In this document: piece after piece, positions 33,943 to 44,543 of the stretch
Numbering within the stretch: the first letter of the stretch is position 1
Layout: every line of letters begins with the position of its first letter
Assembly: GCA_003707115.1 (NCBI GenBank)
Contig: PPNB01000004.1
Coordinates: 62,001 to 126,000 of the forward strand
Reading direction: 5' to 3'
DNA length: 64,000 nucleotides
From: Tortispora ganteri
Taxonomy: Eukaryota
Made by a program: the position numbers and the translations under genes
The notes under the pieces: model-generated
The model's database searches: none
What the model was told of the DNA's origin: nothing
Seen by the model: the letters and a program-made list of their open reading frames with translations, nothing else

Positions 33943-34937
33943 ATTTGCGCGATAAATGGGGTTTGGAGCGGCGATTTCGTATGGATGTCAATCTAAGAAA
34001 GCCGCAGGAACACGTCTCTGTTAGGAGATGATGCGGGGCAACTTGGGACGTCTCCTTTTAGCTCGTTATCTGGTAGGGCATAATATTTAAATCGCGGTAT
34101 TTGGCATCTTTAGGTCGTAGCATTTGATGATTTTACAACTGATGACCATAGAGATCCCGTTCGTTCCAAAAAACTCCTCTTAGCCTAAAGAACCCGGTTC
34201 TGTATGTATACAGACCAATGCATTGATGTAACCTGTTCACTCTTGCAGCGTGCAAGGCGAAGATGTCAAAATATCAGATATATACAGGCCGCTTAGATCG
34301 ATTATTTTAAATTTAAGACAAATTAGAGCGCTAAATACCGTTCTCTCGGTATCTACGAATCTTTGAAGTCCAGTTTAGTCGCAATACAACTTGTCGCAGA
34401 ATGCGATCCAGTCTTTGGTCTGGCCGTTAAGAAATCTCAACGGCAATCTGGATCAAGGTTGAACCTCAATCGCTTGCCTTCTCATTCTGTGCTATATTTT
34501 AGCGTACATCTCAGTGTCATCTGAGCTTCAATTTATAGACATTTAGCAGTACTTGTTTGTGAAAGTTCGTGAGAGTGTCTTGGTGTTCTATTGAAAGATG
34601 ATCAACAGGGAGAGATCGCAATATAAATGTTCACGAGTGAACTCGATGCAGTTTAAAGATGTTGAATTTCTATGCACCCCTAGTACTCTTGTTTGCAGAT
34701 AACGAAAAGTAACAACAAACGCGTATTGTGAAGCCTGTAATTTACGTGTGTGGTTTAAGAGGTAGTTAAATTGCTCTTTTGTCTTGCGGTTGTCATGTGG
34801 TTTGTCAGTCAGTACAAGACAGGCCGCCGCTTAAGGAAGGATCTCTTTTATTTAGAGTTGAGCGGTTGGCGGCGCAGAAGGATATTATTATCGGAGGGGC
34901 TATGTAGATCCCCCTTTCGACATACTGTGAAGAGCAC

Positions 34938-36149
34938 ATGGATCTTATAGACATAAAAGCAGTACGAAAAAATGCACAGGAAATCAACAAAATTGCTGAA
35001 AAGAATGAATTGATTTATTTTGACGTCGATATGACCAAATGGGCTGACGTTGTTTCCGCCGTAGCTGCCACTATCACAAGGGACTACACCGACTACTCGC
35101 GCATTCCGCCGCATGGGCGATGGCAACATTTCAATGTAGGAAAAGTTGACCGTATCAGCGACCTGATAGGTAGATTGCATGGATCAAACCTCGAGAAGGC
35201 GAAAAGTCTGTGGGACCTTTTCTTCGTGTCTGTGTTGTTGGATGCTGGTGCAGGCAATCAGTGGTCCTACAAATCCAAGGAAGGCGCGACTGTATCTCGC
35301 TCTGAAGGTCTCGCCGTTGCATCAATTGAAATGTTTGAGAAAGGTCTGTTTTCCTCTTCAGAGTACACATATAAAGCGGATGTATCCGCCCTCTCGGCGC
35401 TTACTGTAGCCCAGTTAGGCATGGGCCTTCAAGTTTCAGATCACAACCCCATAGAAGGGCTGGTAGGACGCACTACTGTCCTGAACCAGCTTGGCTCTTC
35501 TCTTAAATCTCGAGGGTTTGAGCGACCTAGCTGTATTCTCGAGAAGCTTATAAGCTCTAATAGCACAAAACTATCGGTTGCTGCGCTATGGTCCGAACTA
35601 CAGGATGTACTGCTGCCTGCATGGCCTGATAGAGTCGTTGTAGATGGCGTCAAAGTGGGAGATGCATGGCCATGCGAGGCGCTTGCTAAGCACAGGGGCG
35701 TGCCATTGGGCCACCATGATTCTATTACTCCTTTCCACAAGCTAACGCAGTGGCTAACATACTCACTTCTTCCGATCCCTAAGACTCTTTTGCAGAGCGA
35801 GTGGATCGGTGAAGAGCTCCTAACTGGTCTTCCAGAGTATCGGAATGGAGGATTGTTGGTAGACCTAGGCTTACTTAAGCTGAAGCCCAATGATAATGTG
35901 AGCATTACCGAGGACAATGGCACTCCGGTATTTCCTGCCACTGACCCAGTAATAGTCGAGTGGAGAGCATGCACAGTTGGGTTTTTAGATAAATTACTAC
36001 CTGAACTGCGCGCTAAACTGAATTATCACTTTTCACTCGCCCAAATGCTAGAGGCCGGCAGCTGGCTTACAGGACGCGAGCTTGCAAAGGAGAAACGACA
36101 GAATGGCGCACCGCCAATCGCGATAATCAGCGACGGTACCCTGTTCTGA
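34938..36149 (+). CDS. URC4: Uracil catabolism protein, DUF1688 family (Urc4/Urg3-like)
   Basis: IPPHGRWQHF, VSVLLDAGAG..W, RSEGLAVAS, FHKLTQWLTYSL, TGLPEYRNGGL, IVEWRA, SDGTLF. Confidence 0.9.
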   Translation: MDLIDIKAVRKNAQEINKIAEKNELIYFDVDMTKWADVVSAVAATITRDYTDYSRIPPHGRWQHFNVGKVDRISDLIGRLHGSNLEKAKSLWDLFFVSVLLDAGAGNQWSYKSKEGATVSRSEGLAVASIEMFEKGLFSSSEYTYKADVSALSALTVAQLGMGLQVSDHNPIEGLVGRTTVLNQLGSSLKSRGFERPSCILEKLISSNSTKLSVAALWSELQDVLLPAWPDRVVVDGVKVGDAWPCEALAKHRGVPLGHHDSITPFHKLTQWLTYSLLPIPKTLLQSEWIGEELLTGLPEYRNGGLLVDLGLLKLKPNDNVSITEDNGTPVFPATDPVIVEWRACTVGFLDKLLPELRAKLNYHFSLAQMLEAGSWLTGRELAKEKRQNGAPPIAIISDGTLF

Positions 36150-36327
36150 GATAAATTGTATGAATTGTTATATGCGCAGATACAGTACTAGGCTTATATG
36201 CGAGAAGCTGGTTTTACTAAGGCGAGAAATATATTTGCACCCTGGCTGATCCGCTCACTCCCACCTACCTAACTTCTCTTGATGTTAATGTTATTACACT
36301 CGACTACCACACATTACACATTACGCA

Positions 36328-36831
36328 ATGCAGAAATCTTCTACTGCCAGCAGGCGACTTCTGAAAGAATACAAACAGCTGCTAACGGATACACCGGATG
36401 GGATATCTGCCGGTCCTATAGACGAAAATAACATGTTTGAGTGGGAATGCATCATCCAAGGTCCTGACGGCACTCCGTACGAAGGAGGCGTGTTTCCCGC
36501 GATTTTGAAGTTTCCAGCGGATTATCCTTTGAATCCTCCAACTATGAAGTTCACTACTCCACTTTTTCATCCTAATGTATATCAAGATGGTACCGTGTGT
36601 ATATCAATTCTCCATCCGCCTGGCGACGATCCCCATATGTACGAGACCGCTGCCGAACGATGGAGTCCCATCCAGAGCGTTGAAAAGATCCTTTTGAGTG
36701 TCATGAGCATGCTCTCTGAACCTAATCCGGAATCAGGTGCCAATATAGACGCATGCAAAATGTTCAGAGATGATTTACCAGGATTCAAGGCAGTAGTGCG
36801 TACCAATATTAGACAGTCTTTGGGTCTGTAA
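36328..36831 (+). CDS. UBC7: Ubiquitin-conjugating enzyme E2 (ERAD)
   Basis: [39 protein letters not shown]. Confidence 0.95.
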   Translation: MQKSSTASRRLLKEYKQLLTDTPDGISAGPIDENNMFEWECIIQGPDGTPYEGGVFPAILKFPADYPLNPPTMKFTTPLFHPNVYQDGTVCISILHPPGDDPHMYETAAERWSPIQSVEKILLSVMSMLSEPNPESGANIDACKMFRDDLPGFKAVVRTNIRQSLGL

Positions 36832-36916
36832 CCTTTTCACTTGAGTTGGCCATTTATCTACGCGGTGTATTCACTTGAACAACGTATATTTTTTACTCAT
36901 TATCTTGCTTCTGCTG

Positions 36917-37366
36917 TTATTTGTCATCATCATCTTCGGGCTCAATATCGAAATTCTCCAGTAGCATTGTGGCAATATCATATTTCTCACGATCTTCGCA
37001 TTCATAAAAGGCATCATGCCCTTGGCTGTTTTCGATGAATGGATCTGCGCCTATATCAATAAGAACCTTTGCAGCTTCCAAACCTCCAAACTGAATACTC
37101 CAATGAAGCGCGGTACTCCCTCCTGCGTTCTTTTTATTTACGACTTCCGTGAGATCAGTTCCTCTATCCGCGGCGATTTGCTGCAGTTTCTTTAGTACTG
37201 CAACATTTCCGTTGGCTGCAGCGACATGAAACGGTGTGTTTTCATTCTCATCCGTAGCGCTGAAGATGTCAAAATCTTTGTATTCATTCACAAACGCGTC
37301 CAGGTATTCCCGATCGTCAACGCGCGCTGCATACACGATATCTGCAACTTCTTCTGCGGTAGGCAT
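36917..37366 (-). CDS. YAR1: Ankyrin-repeat protein, Yar1-like
   Basis: Short acidic protein with NTPFHVAAANG and N..GSTALHW repeats. Confidence 0.75.
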   Translation of the reverse strand: MPTAEEVADIVYAARVDDREYLDAFVNEYKDFDIFSATDENENTPFHVAAANGNVAVLKKLQQIAADRGTDLTEVVNKKNAGGSTALHWSIQFGGLEAAKVLIDIGADPFIENSQGHDAFYECEDREKYDIATMLLENFDIEPEDDDDK

Positions 37367-37690
37367 CGTTCAATCGAAATGTGCGTAACTTTACACTTTT
37401 TCTACCTCTTTACCTGTGAGCTCAGCTGCTAACATCCAACATTCGTCGGTTAGCGTGGCGAGTTCTACGTATGACAGGAAGGAATCAATTTCGTCTATAT
37501 TGCTTTGAGAATCTATGCTATTATTTAAACCACCAATTATCTACACACTGAAATCATATTTTATAATAAAAAAATGACAACCAATTTTGAGCTCCAATAA
37601 ATTACTGGGTTAGGGTTTATAAGTTATTCACTGAAGCGCTTGCTGTTGCGCTTCCTTTAACATCTCTACTACGTTCCTATCCTCTTAGGT

Positions 37691-38980
37691 ATGGCCTCTT
37701 CCATCCACTTCTTGGACCTAAAAGGCAAACCTCTTTTAGCCCGAAACTACCGAGGTGATATACCACCATCGGCCATTGAAAAGTTTCCACAGCTATTGCT
37801 AGACGCAGAAGATGAATCATCTATTGTTCCGCCCTGTATCACTCACGACAACATTAACTATCTGTACATTTCTCACAACAATTTGTATGTTGTCGCGCTA
37901 ACTCGTCACAACTCCAATGCTGCTGAGATATTGCTATATTTGCATAAACTTGTTGAAGTTCTTACCGATTATTTTAAGAGCCTGGAGGAAGAGTCAATTC
38001 GCGATAACTTCGTTCTCATATACGAGCTGCTGGACGAGATGATGGATTATGGCTATCCGCAGACAACAGAAACTAAAATTCTCCAAGAGTACATAACTCA
38101 GGAGAGTCGAAAGCTGCAAGATTCCCAAGGGCGGCCCCCAATCGCTGTCACCAATGCGGTTTCGTGGAGGTCCGAAGGTATCCGTTACCGCAAAAACGAA
38201 GTATTCTTGGATGTTGTTGAGTCGGTTAATCTAACGGTGTCTTCGTCAGGTAGAGTCATTCGATCTGATATTTTGGGTGCTGTTAAGATGAAATGCTATC
38301 TATCTGGGATGCCGGAATTACGTTTAGGATTGAACGATAAGATCATGTTTGACGCTACTGGTAGAAATCCACGAGGAAAGTCTGTGGAACTTGAGGATGT
38401 CCGATTTCATCAATGTGTAAGGCTTTCGCGATTTGAAAATGATAGAACTATCTCTTTTATTCCACCGGATGGGGAGTTTGAGCTAATGTCCTACCGAATA
38501 TCCTCTTCGCCTGCGAAGCCTCCTATATGGGTGGAATGCCAAGTTATCATGCATCCTGGATCTCGCGTGGAGTACTCTGTCAAAGCAATGTCAAGGTTCA
38601 AAAGAAGGTCAACAGCAAACAATGTTGAAATCATGATTCCTGTGCCAGAAGATGCTGATTCACCGAGGTTCAGGACAACTGTTGGCAGTGTAGTATACGC
38701 GCCTGGTAAGGCGGCCTTGCTATGGAAGATTAAACAATTTGGAGGAGGAAAAGAATTTGCCATGCGCGCTGAACTTGGTTTACCTTCTGTAAAGGAGCAA
38801 GATTCAGACAACAAGGCCAAAAGACCTATTCAAGTGAAGTTTGAAATTCCTTATTACACCACCAGCGGTATCCAGGTGAGATACTTGAAGATCATTGAGC
38901 CAAAACTCCAATACCCTTCACTTCCTTGGGTCAGGTATATAACTGTTTCTGGTGATGACTATACAATACGCATGCCTTAA
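37691..38980 (+). CDS. APM1: AP-1 adaptor complex mu subunit
   Basis: LEEESIRDNFVLIYELLDEMMD.GYPQTTE, VSWRSEGIRYRKNEVFLD, FIPPDGEFELM, LPWVRYIT. Confidence 0.96.
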   Translation: MASSIHFLDLKGKPLLARNYRGDIPPSAIEKFPQLLLDAEDESSIVPPCITHDNINYLYISHNNLYVVALTRHNSNAAEILLYLHKLVEVLTDYFKSLEEESIRDNFVLIYELLDEMMDYGYPQTTETKILQEYITQESRKLQDSQGRPPIAVTNAVSWRSEGIRYRKNEVFLDVVESVNLTVSSSGRVIRSDILGAVKMKCYLSGMPELRLGLNDKIMFDATGRNPRGKSVELEDVRFHQCVRLSRFENDRTISFIPPDGEFELMSYRISSSPAKPPIWVECQVIMHPGSRVEYSVKAMSRFKRRSTANNVEIMIPVPEDADSPRFRTTVGSVVYAPGKAALLWKIKQFGGGKEFAMRAELGLPSVKEQDSDNKAKRPIQVKFEIPYYTTSGIQVRYLKIIEPKLQYPSLPWVRYITVSGDDYTIRMP

Positions 38981-39123
38981 GCATTGAATGAAACCTGTCG
39001 CCCATCATCTTTTGAAGATTTGGTGGACATATTACGAGCAATTGCTTCATAAATCTTGCTTTTGTTATAAAACTCTTTTACTCTTTTGAGAAAGCAAAAT
39101 AACTAAATAATGATATGAGATTT

Positions 39124-40578
39124 CTAGCCTGATTCTTTTAATAGTTTTAGAATTTCTTTCCGATTTGCGTTAATCTCTTTTTCTTCGATAATTCGCTCTT
39201 CCCACCTATTGTACAAGTTGAGTTCTCCTATATGAATAGCTTCTTTTGCTGCTTCATCTATTTTCAGACTATAATCCTTTAAAGCACTGTCCCAACTTTT
39301 AACCATACGCTGAACAGTTATGTACGCAGCAAGAGTAGCTGCTGCATCAAGAAATCCTAACTCTTTAACTCCACAAACCAGGGCAATGGTCAGAGGCAAT
39401 GATATCGCCGCTGTGCCGATAAGAGAATTGTATAAACATTTTTTCGCAGCCAACTGTAGGTTATTTAAATCTTCGGTCAAAAGCTTCTCGTGATATTCCA
39501 GAACGGGGTTGTTTTCGTATACCTGATCTCCTAGATTTTGAAGCTCCACAGTAGGCTTTAGAGATGTACTCTTATTCAGAGTGAAACCGTCGATTTTCCC
39601 AAGGATGTAGTCGTAACGACGACTAGCTTCAGGTAAAAATCTATCTAAAAGGAAATCAGAGATATCTACCGGTAGTGTACTTGTCATTCCCGTATAAAGT
39701 CTCCACCATGGCATATATGTTAAATGCAATTTTGTTAATGCGGGTTGCAGTTTAGTCTGAAGTTCCTTGTGTGCATTCCTAGCCCATCCTATCCGCAAAG
39801 AAGCTAAATAATCTGTGTTCGACTGCGATTGGATAACAACTTGTTCGTCGGACACTGTGAATTGTTCACAAGTTGCGATAATGGACTCTAATAAGTCAGA
39901 AGCTGGGCTTCTAGTTAAACGAGACCTCAGTTCAGGCAAACCAGATTCTTTTTCTAATTGTAAGAATTCGGAAGCCATACTTGGAGACCGTGACAATATG
40001 TCAATGGCCTTTGCGCCTTTGCATGTTGAAATAGTGAACGCCGGAGGTATATTAGCCGATATTCCGTCAATGGCTGTTATTGTAGGGTATCCTGAGTTGT
40101 CGCTGTGTCTGAGGGCATTGACCGAAGTTCCTACTAAGATATGTAACGTAGTGTTTTGGGCAAGGCTCGAATCTACCGAAGGGCAATATGCCACCGCCAT
40201 GGTTGATAAAGCTGATGAAGGGAATGTGAAGTGGATAGAATGGTCATCAATCCCGTTGAGGGGCTCAACAAACTGAGAACCGTACTCGACTAATATCGGC
40301 TGGTCGTTAGATATGCTATCAAACCGATTGCAAAATTCTGGCCATTCAGAAGCTAGAGGGTCCGCAGATAATAACTTTGTGAGTGTTTTGGCGGACTGTT
40401 TAGAAGCAGCGTCATAAGGTATGATCGCTACCCTTGGTGTAGCATTCTGGTTGAGTTGCCGCTGCAATTCCTTAACACGAGAATGTAGAGAATCAACATT
40501 AGGCCATATCTCTAGTATCCGCGGTAGAACACGTGGGCTCCTGGCTAGGTTCGAGCAGAAACGTTTGCTTAAGAACAT
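39124..40578 (-). CDS. Probable mitochondrial membrane protein, Mmc1-like
   Basis: Basic presequence-like N-terminus, W...AHKELQ..L...L....WW.L motif and C-terminal hydrophobic pair; family recalled, not searched. Confidence 0.55.
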   Translation of the reverse strand: MFLSKRFCSNLARSPRVLPRILEIWPNVDSLHSRVKELQRQLNQNATPRVAIIPYDAASKQSAKTLTKLLSADPLASEWPEFCNRFDSISNDQPILVEYGSQFVEPLNGIDDHSIHFTFPSSALSTMAVAYCPSVDSSLAQNTTLHILVGTSVNALRHSDNSGYPTITAIDGISANIPPAFTISTCKGAKAIDILSRSPSMASEFLQLEKESGLPELRSRLTRSPASDLLESIIATCEQFTVSDEQVVIQSQSNTDYLASLRIGWARNAHKELQTKLQPALTKLHLTYMPWWRLYTGMTSTLPVDISDFLLDRFLPEASRRYDYILGKIDGFTLNKSTSLKPTVELQNLGDQVYENNPVLEYHEKLLTEDLNNLQLAAKKCLYNSLIGTAAISLPLTIALVCGVKELGFLDAAATLAAYITVQRMVKSWDSALKDYSLKIDEAAKEAIHIGELNLYNRWEERIIEEKEINANRKEILKLLKESG

Positions 40579-40736
40579 GTATGGGAGACAGAAAGGGATA
40601 AGTTAGTTTGGGTACTCTAATATATGTTAAGCGTGATGTACTTAAGAGCTACGAGCGTAACAAATGCAATTGGCGATTCGCATATCCTACAGTGAAATTA
40701 TATTTAGCAATTCACATATTAACGTGATGATTCCCT

Positions 40737-41783
40737 TTATTCAGTATCCTTATCAGATTTCTCAAGGTCTGCCTGAGCCAACTCTTCAGCCCATGAAAGC
40801 AAAGTTAGGCGGTATTTATCAGCTTTCATGAGAGTATCTGCGACATTGCTGAGCAAACTGATATATTCGTGACTTCTCTGGACTGCCATTTGTGCTAGCT
40901 GCTTTAATTCATCCGCAGCATCAGGCCTCAAATCGACATATGACCTCGAACGAGGGATTCCGTAAAAGGGATCAATTCTGGAGTTGTCCTCAACATTAGA
41001 CCTTAAGCTTCGTACAGGAACTAGAGCTTCCTCTTCGTTCAAATTTGAATTATGCTGAGAGGACTCAATGTCATTTTCTGTCTTCGTGATGATTTCTTCA
41101 ACAGTTGACTCTACCACTGCGTCAATTGTATTGGCATCCGTTTCGCTCTTGAAAATCTCAGGGAGGTCTTCAAACACAGGAGGAATATCATCAGAAAGAA
41201 GCGTATCCAGTAAGTTTAACAAATGAGTATAATTCTCTTTTTCACTAAATGATATGTCAATGATTCTGCGGGCCAATAAAGTAATATTCTCACTCTTGTA
41301 AGACCTTGAAATCGATGGGTGTGTCAATATATCTGTGAAATCACTCAACGGAGCAAGAATCTTCTCTATCTTAACGTTTTCTGCCAAGTACTTGTCGATA
41401 TCAGATTCTTCGCCATTTTCGTCAAACTCCATTGCTTTCAGAACTTTCCGTTTCTTGTTGGCAAATTGTAACGGCTGGTCAGACATAGCTGAGCTATATG
41501 GTTTCCATAATTTTCCCTCATGCATTTCTTTGGCGTTGACTTTCAGTTTATTTCCGCGATTACTAGTAGCCTCGCCAATTGAGGAATCCGAGTCTGATCC
41601 TATATTTATCGGTTAATATCATTCTCATTTACTCTGGACCTTCATCCTTTCGTACTTACCATCATAGTTCCTAGCCAGAGCTTCTTTTAAATTTCTATCA
41701 CATGTTAATATTAGCCAGTAAATTACACAATTGTATAAGCGAACAACTTACGCTATCTCTTCTACTGCGTCTTCTTCCACCAT
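40737..41783 (-). CDS. RXT2: Rpd3L complex subunit Rxt2; exons 41752-41783, 41660-41694, 40737-41599 (introns 41695-41751 and 41600-41659)
   Basis: Two GTAAGT...TATTAAC...TAG introns give an in-frame MVEEDAVEEIANLKEALARNYDGSDSDSSIGEATSNRGNKL; RXT2_N motifs NRGNKL and LAPL....DIL.HPS. Confidence 0.85.
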
Positions 41784-42139
41784 TGTGTATATCGGTCTCT
41801 ACTAATGTCCCATACAGAGCCCAGTGTAAACCGAATTAGAGTTTAGCAGTAACGAAGAAGATTGAGTTTTCTCGAAGTTAGTGTGGTAAGAATGGAAGCT
41901 AGTTAAAAGGTATTAGTAGTCAATATAATGGGTATCAGGATTGGCGAATTATTAATCCGTGTTGTGCAGACCAACTGGATCGTTTCCATAAGAGATATGG
42001 GAGACCGTGCTTATGATCAGATATGAACGGCGAATACTACCAAAATAAGGTGAGACGTACAATCAATTACTGTAACAATTTCTTAACATTCATAATTTGG
42101 CGTATACTGCTGATGTACTATAGAGATATCTGATAGATA

Positions 42140-43900
42140 TCACTTCTCAGCCAACAAATAATTCAGGCAGTTTTGTGGTTCGGGATTCTGAACTATATAT
42201 CGTAGACACAATCTTTCCCGTGGAAATGTCGCATATAGTACCACCTGGCGGTTGAAATAAGAGCTGCTTTTGGTATCAGGTATATGTTCTTCAAAAACCA
42301 TACCAGTACAGGCTGAATTATGACCAATACTGAGGTTATGTTCATTTTCATCTGCAAATAGCACTAGTTTGTTGGCAAGTTTGAACATTAACATCCTCGA
42401 GCGTTCATCAATGACAACTTGTCCGATAACAATCCCGTTACTTGGAGATCCGAAAGCCAATAACCTGAAGGGGGGATAATAAGCAGAAAGGTAAATACGG
42501 TCAGCAAATGGGTCCCCCCCGCCATCCAAAGGATTATCAAGAACGCCCAGCATTCTACCTTTTGTGGAGACAAACACAATACTTGATGCAGTTCCCACAA
42601 CGTAGCATCCTTCGGAGAATACCTGGTCGGCCTCGTCATCATCTAGAGAACGACTATAATATCGAGAATTGCAATGACTAGAGTCAGCACCTAGACTTCC
42701 TGTTCGTGATCGATTTGAAACTGAACCGGGCCTAACAAGCACAAGCCGAGACGCAGCATCTTTCACATCTAAAATGATATCTTTCCCTGGTACATGCGCT
42801 AGTTCCCATGCGCGAATCTTATGTATGCGCACAGTTCGAGGTTCGCGAAAGAACCGGAAGCCATCTTTATCAGCGGACCCTAGCTCAAATAGTTGGCCGT
42901 CAACGCACAGAGCTGCTAGGATATTATCTCTCCAGCAAACTGAAGGAACATTATAGGATAGCTTCATGCTTTGCCTAACAGGACCTTCAATCTCAAATTT
43001 TTCAGACTGAGAATAGCTCAGTTTCATGACGGCCACGCGATAACTGTTCAGCCCGATGGACAAGTAATTACCAAACCGAGAAAGACTCCAAGGTGATTCT
43101 TCAAGTGAAAAGGTAGTGAAATAATTTAATCCAGCAGATATAGCTGCTGTAGTTATTAAAGTAACTATTCCGCAATCGAATAGCAGTATTAACGTTTCTT
43201 TAGGATTGCTATCCTCTGCAGGAATGTTTTCAATAGATATGTGATTAACTATTCCTCCGGTTGAGCCATATATTGTACCGTTAGGAAGAAAATCCATTAA
43301 GTTCATTCTCTTAAAGTACGAATATGACCCAGACATTGGCCATCTTCTTGAGTTATATATTAGCATTTCCACCCCCTGAACCGAGACTATCCATGATCTC
43401 TCAAGAGAAACAGCTGTAAGATTGTGTCTAGATGGATAAGGATCAATATTCTCAGTCTCAAAATCTAATATTGCGGGTCGTGCTGTACGCACAATAAGAT
43501 TAGAGTGTTCTGTAAGAGCTTGATCTGGGTTCTGCTGTACGCATGTGAGTCTATATTTCATAGAGTCGGTTGGATAGGAAGAGGCACTAACGTTTGCCGA
43601 ACTTCCAAGATAAAGAGATGAAAATTCCAATTCAATAGGAGCGAGGATAGATAAATCGAACGAGCGTCTGCCTAGTGGACCAGGCACCACAGATTCATAA
43701 AAGTCATTCTCGTCATCAGATGACATATCATCAAGATAACTTCCGGACTCCCCTGACACAATGTCAACATTTAAGAAGTCCGGCGTATCAGTACGGGAAA
43801 ATTGGTATTCACTGGTACTAAATCGAGCAACACTTGGCTGCCGATGATTACTCAAGTTCGCAGGACTATATTCTTCATTTGTATCTTCAGAGTTGTTCAT
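42140..43900 (-). CDS. Crt10-like beta-propeller protein
   Basis: HNLTAVS, VNHI......ETLILLFDCG.V, ESPWSL....LSIGLNS..VAV, NVPSV motifs resemble the CRT10 family. Confidence 0.55.
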   Translation of the reverse strand: MNNSEDTNEEYSPANLSNHRQPSVARFSTSEYQFSRTDTPDFLNVDIVSGESGSYLDDMSSDDENDFYESVVPGPLGRRSFDLSILAPIELEFSSLYLGSSANVSASSYPTDSMKYRLTCVQQNPDQALTEHSNLIVRTARPAILDFETENIDPYPSRHNLTAVSLERSWIVSVQGVEMLIYNSRRWPMSGSYSYFKRMNLMDFLPNGTIYGSTGGIVNHISIENIPAEDSNPKETLILLFDCGIVTLITTAAISAGLNYFTTFSLEESPWSLSRFGNYLSIGLNSYRVAVMKLSYSQSEKFEIEGPVRQSMKLSYNVPSVCWRDNILAALCVDGQLFELGSADKDGFRFFREPRTVRIHKIRAWELAHVPGKDIILDVKDAASRLVLVRPGSVSNRSRTGSLGADSSHCNSRYYSRSLDDDEADQVFSEGCYVVGTASSIVFVSTKGRMLGVLDNPLDGGGDPFADRIYLSAYYPPFRLLAFGSPSNGIVIGQVVIDERSRMLMFKLANKLVLFADENEHNLSIGHNSACTGMVFEEHIPDTKSSSYFNRQVVLYATFPRERLCLRYIVQNPEPQNCLNYLLAEK

Positions 43901-44543
43901 TCTGTATAAATATAACCATAGAATAATCCCTAAAGAGAGAGATTAAACTATTGGTAATGCTCTACACCCAGAACTAATTGATCATGAACGCACTGTTAAA
44001 GCTAAATATTGGTTAAGCTAGACGGGAGTTTGTGTAAAAAGGCGGGAACCGGGGTATAATGACGAGTTGAGCTGTGAAGTCACGAAGGGCCCGCCGCTAT
44101 TCGTTGAACATTCATTCACCTAAAGGCGGCAGTGACGTACACTTTTTCATACAGTTAAGTGGAGTAACTAACTATATACCCTCCATATTCTTGTACTGTG
44201 TTTTGTGGCACATGACCACCTTTACTATTGGAAGACGACAGAAGCCTGTCCCTACTGTACTTCGGTCTGAACTACCTCTAGAGGCCGTTAATATCATTGA
44301 AAAAATATTGGTTAATACACGTACATATGGTCAAATATAATTATATACTTTGTCAATTAAGATAGCATTTCTGTTGTGCACAGGCCGTAAACTTGTGAGA
44401 ATGCCTCGGTTTTTTGAAACGCCCATCAAGCGGGCTACATATATCAACTAAAAGAAATAATTGTATACATATTTAGTTATATGTATTGAGTGAAGCAATA
44501 GTTAAATAAGCGGTAAGATATAGCGCGGTGTGAGCTAGTGAAG

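Noticed and set aside
33943..34790. Possible URC1/urg1 pseudogene between the UPRT-like and URC4-like genes
   Set aside because: I could not find convincing URC1 motifs (e.g. RVHDECNGSDVF) by eye; needs a translated search
44465..44486. ATACATAT-N6-ATATGTAT inverted repeat downstream of Crypton-like copy 2
   Set aside because: Short and AT-rich; resembles ordinary 3'-end TA(T/C)ATA-type signals and is expected by chance
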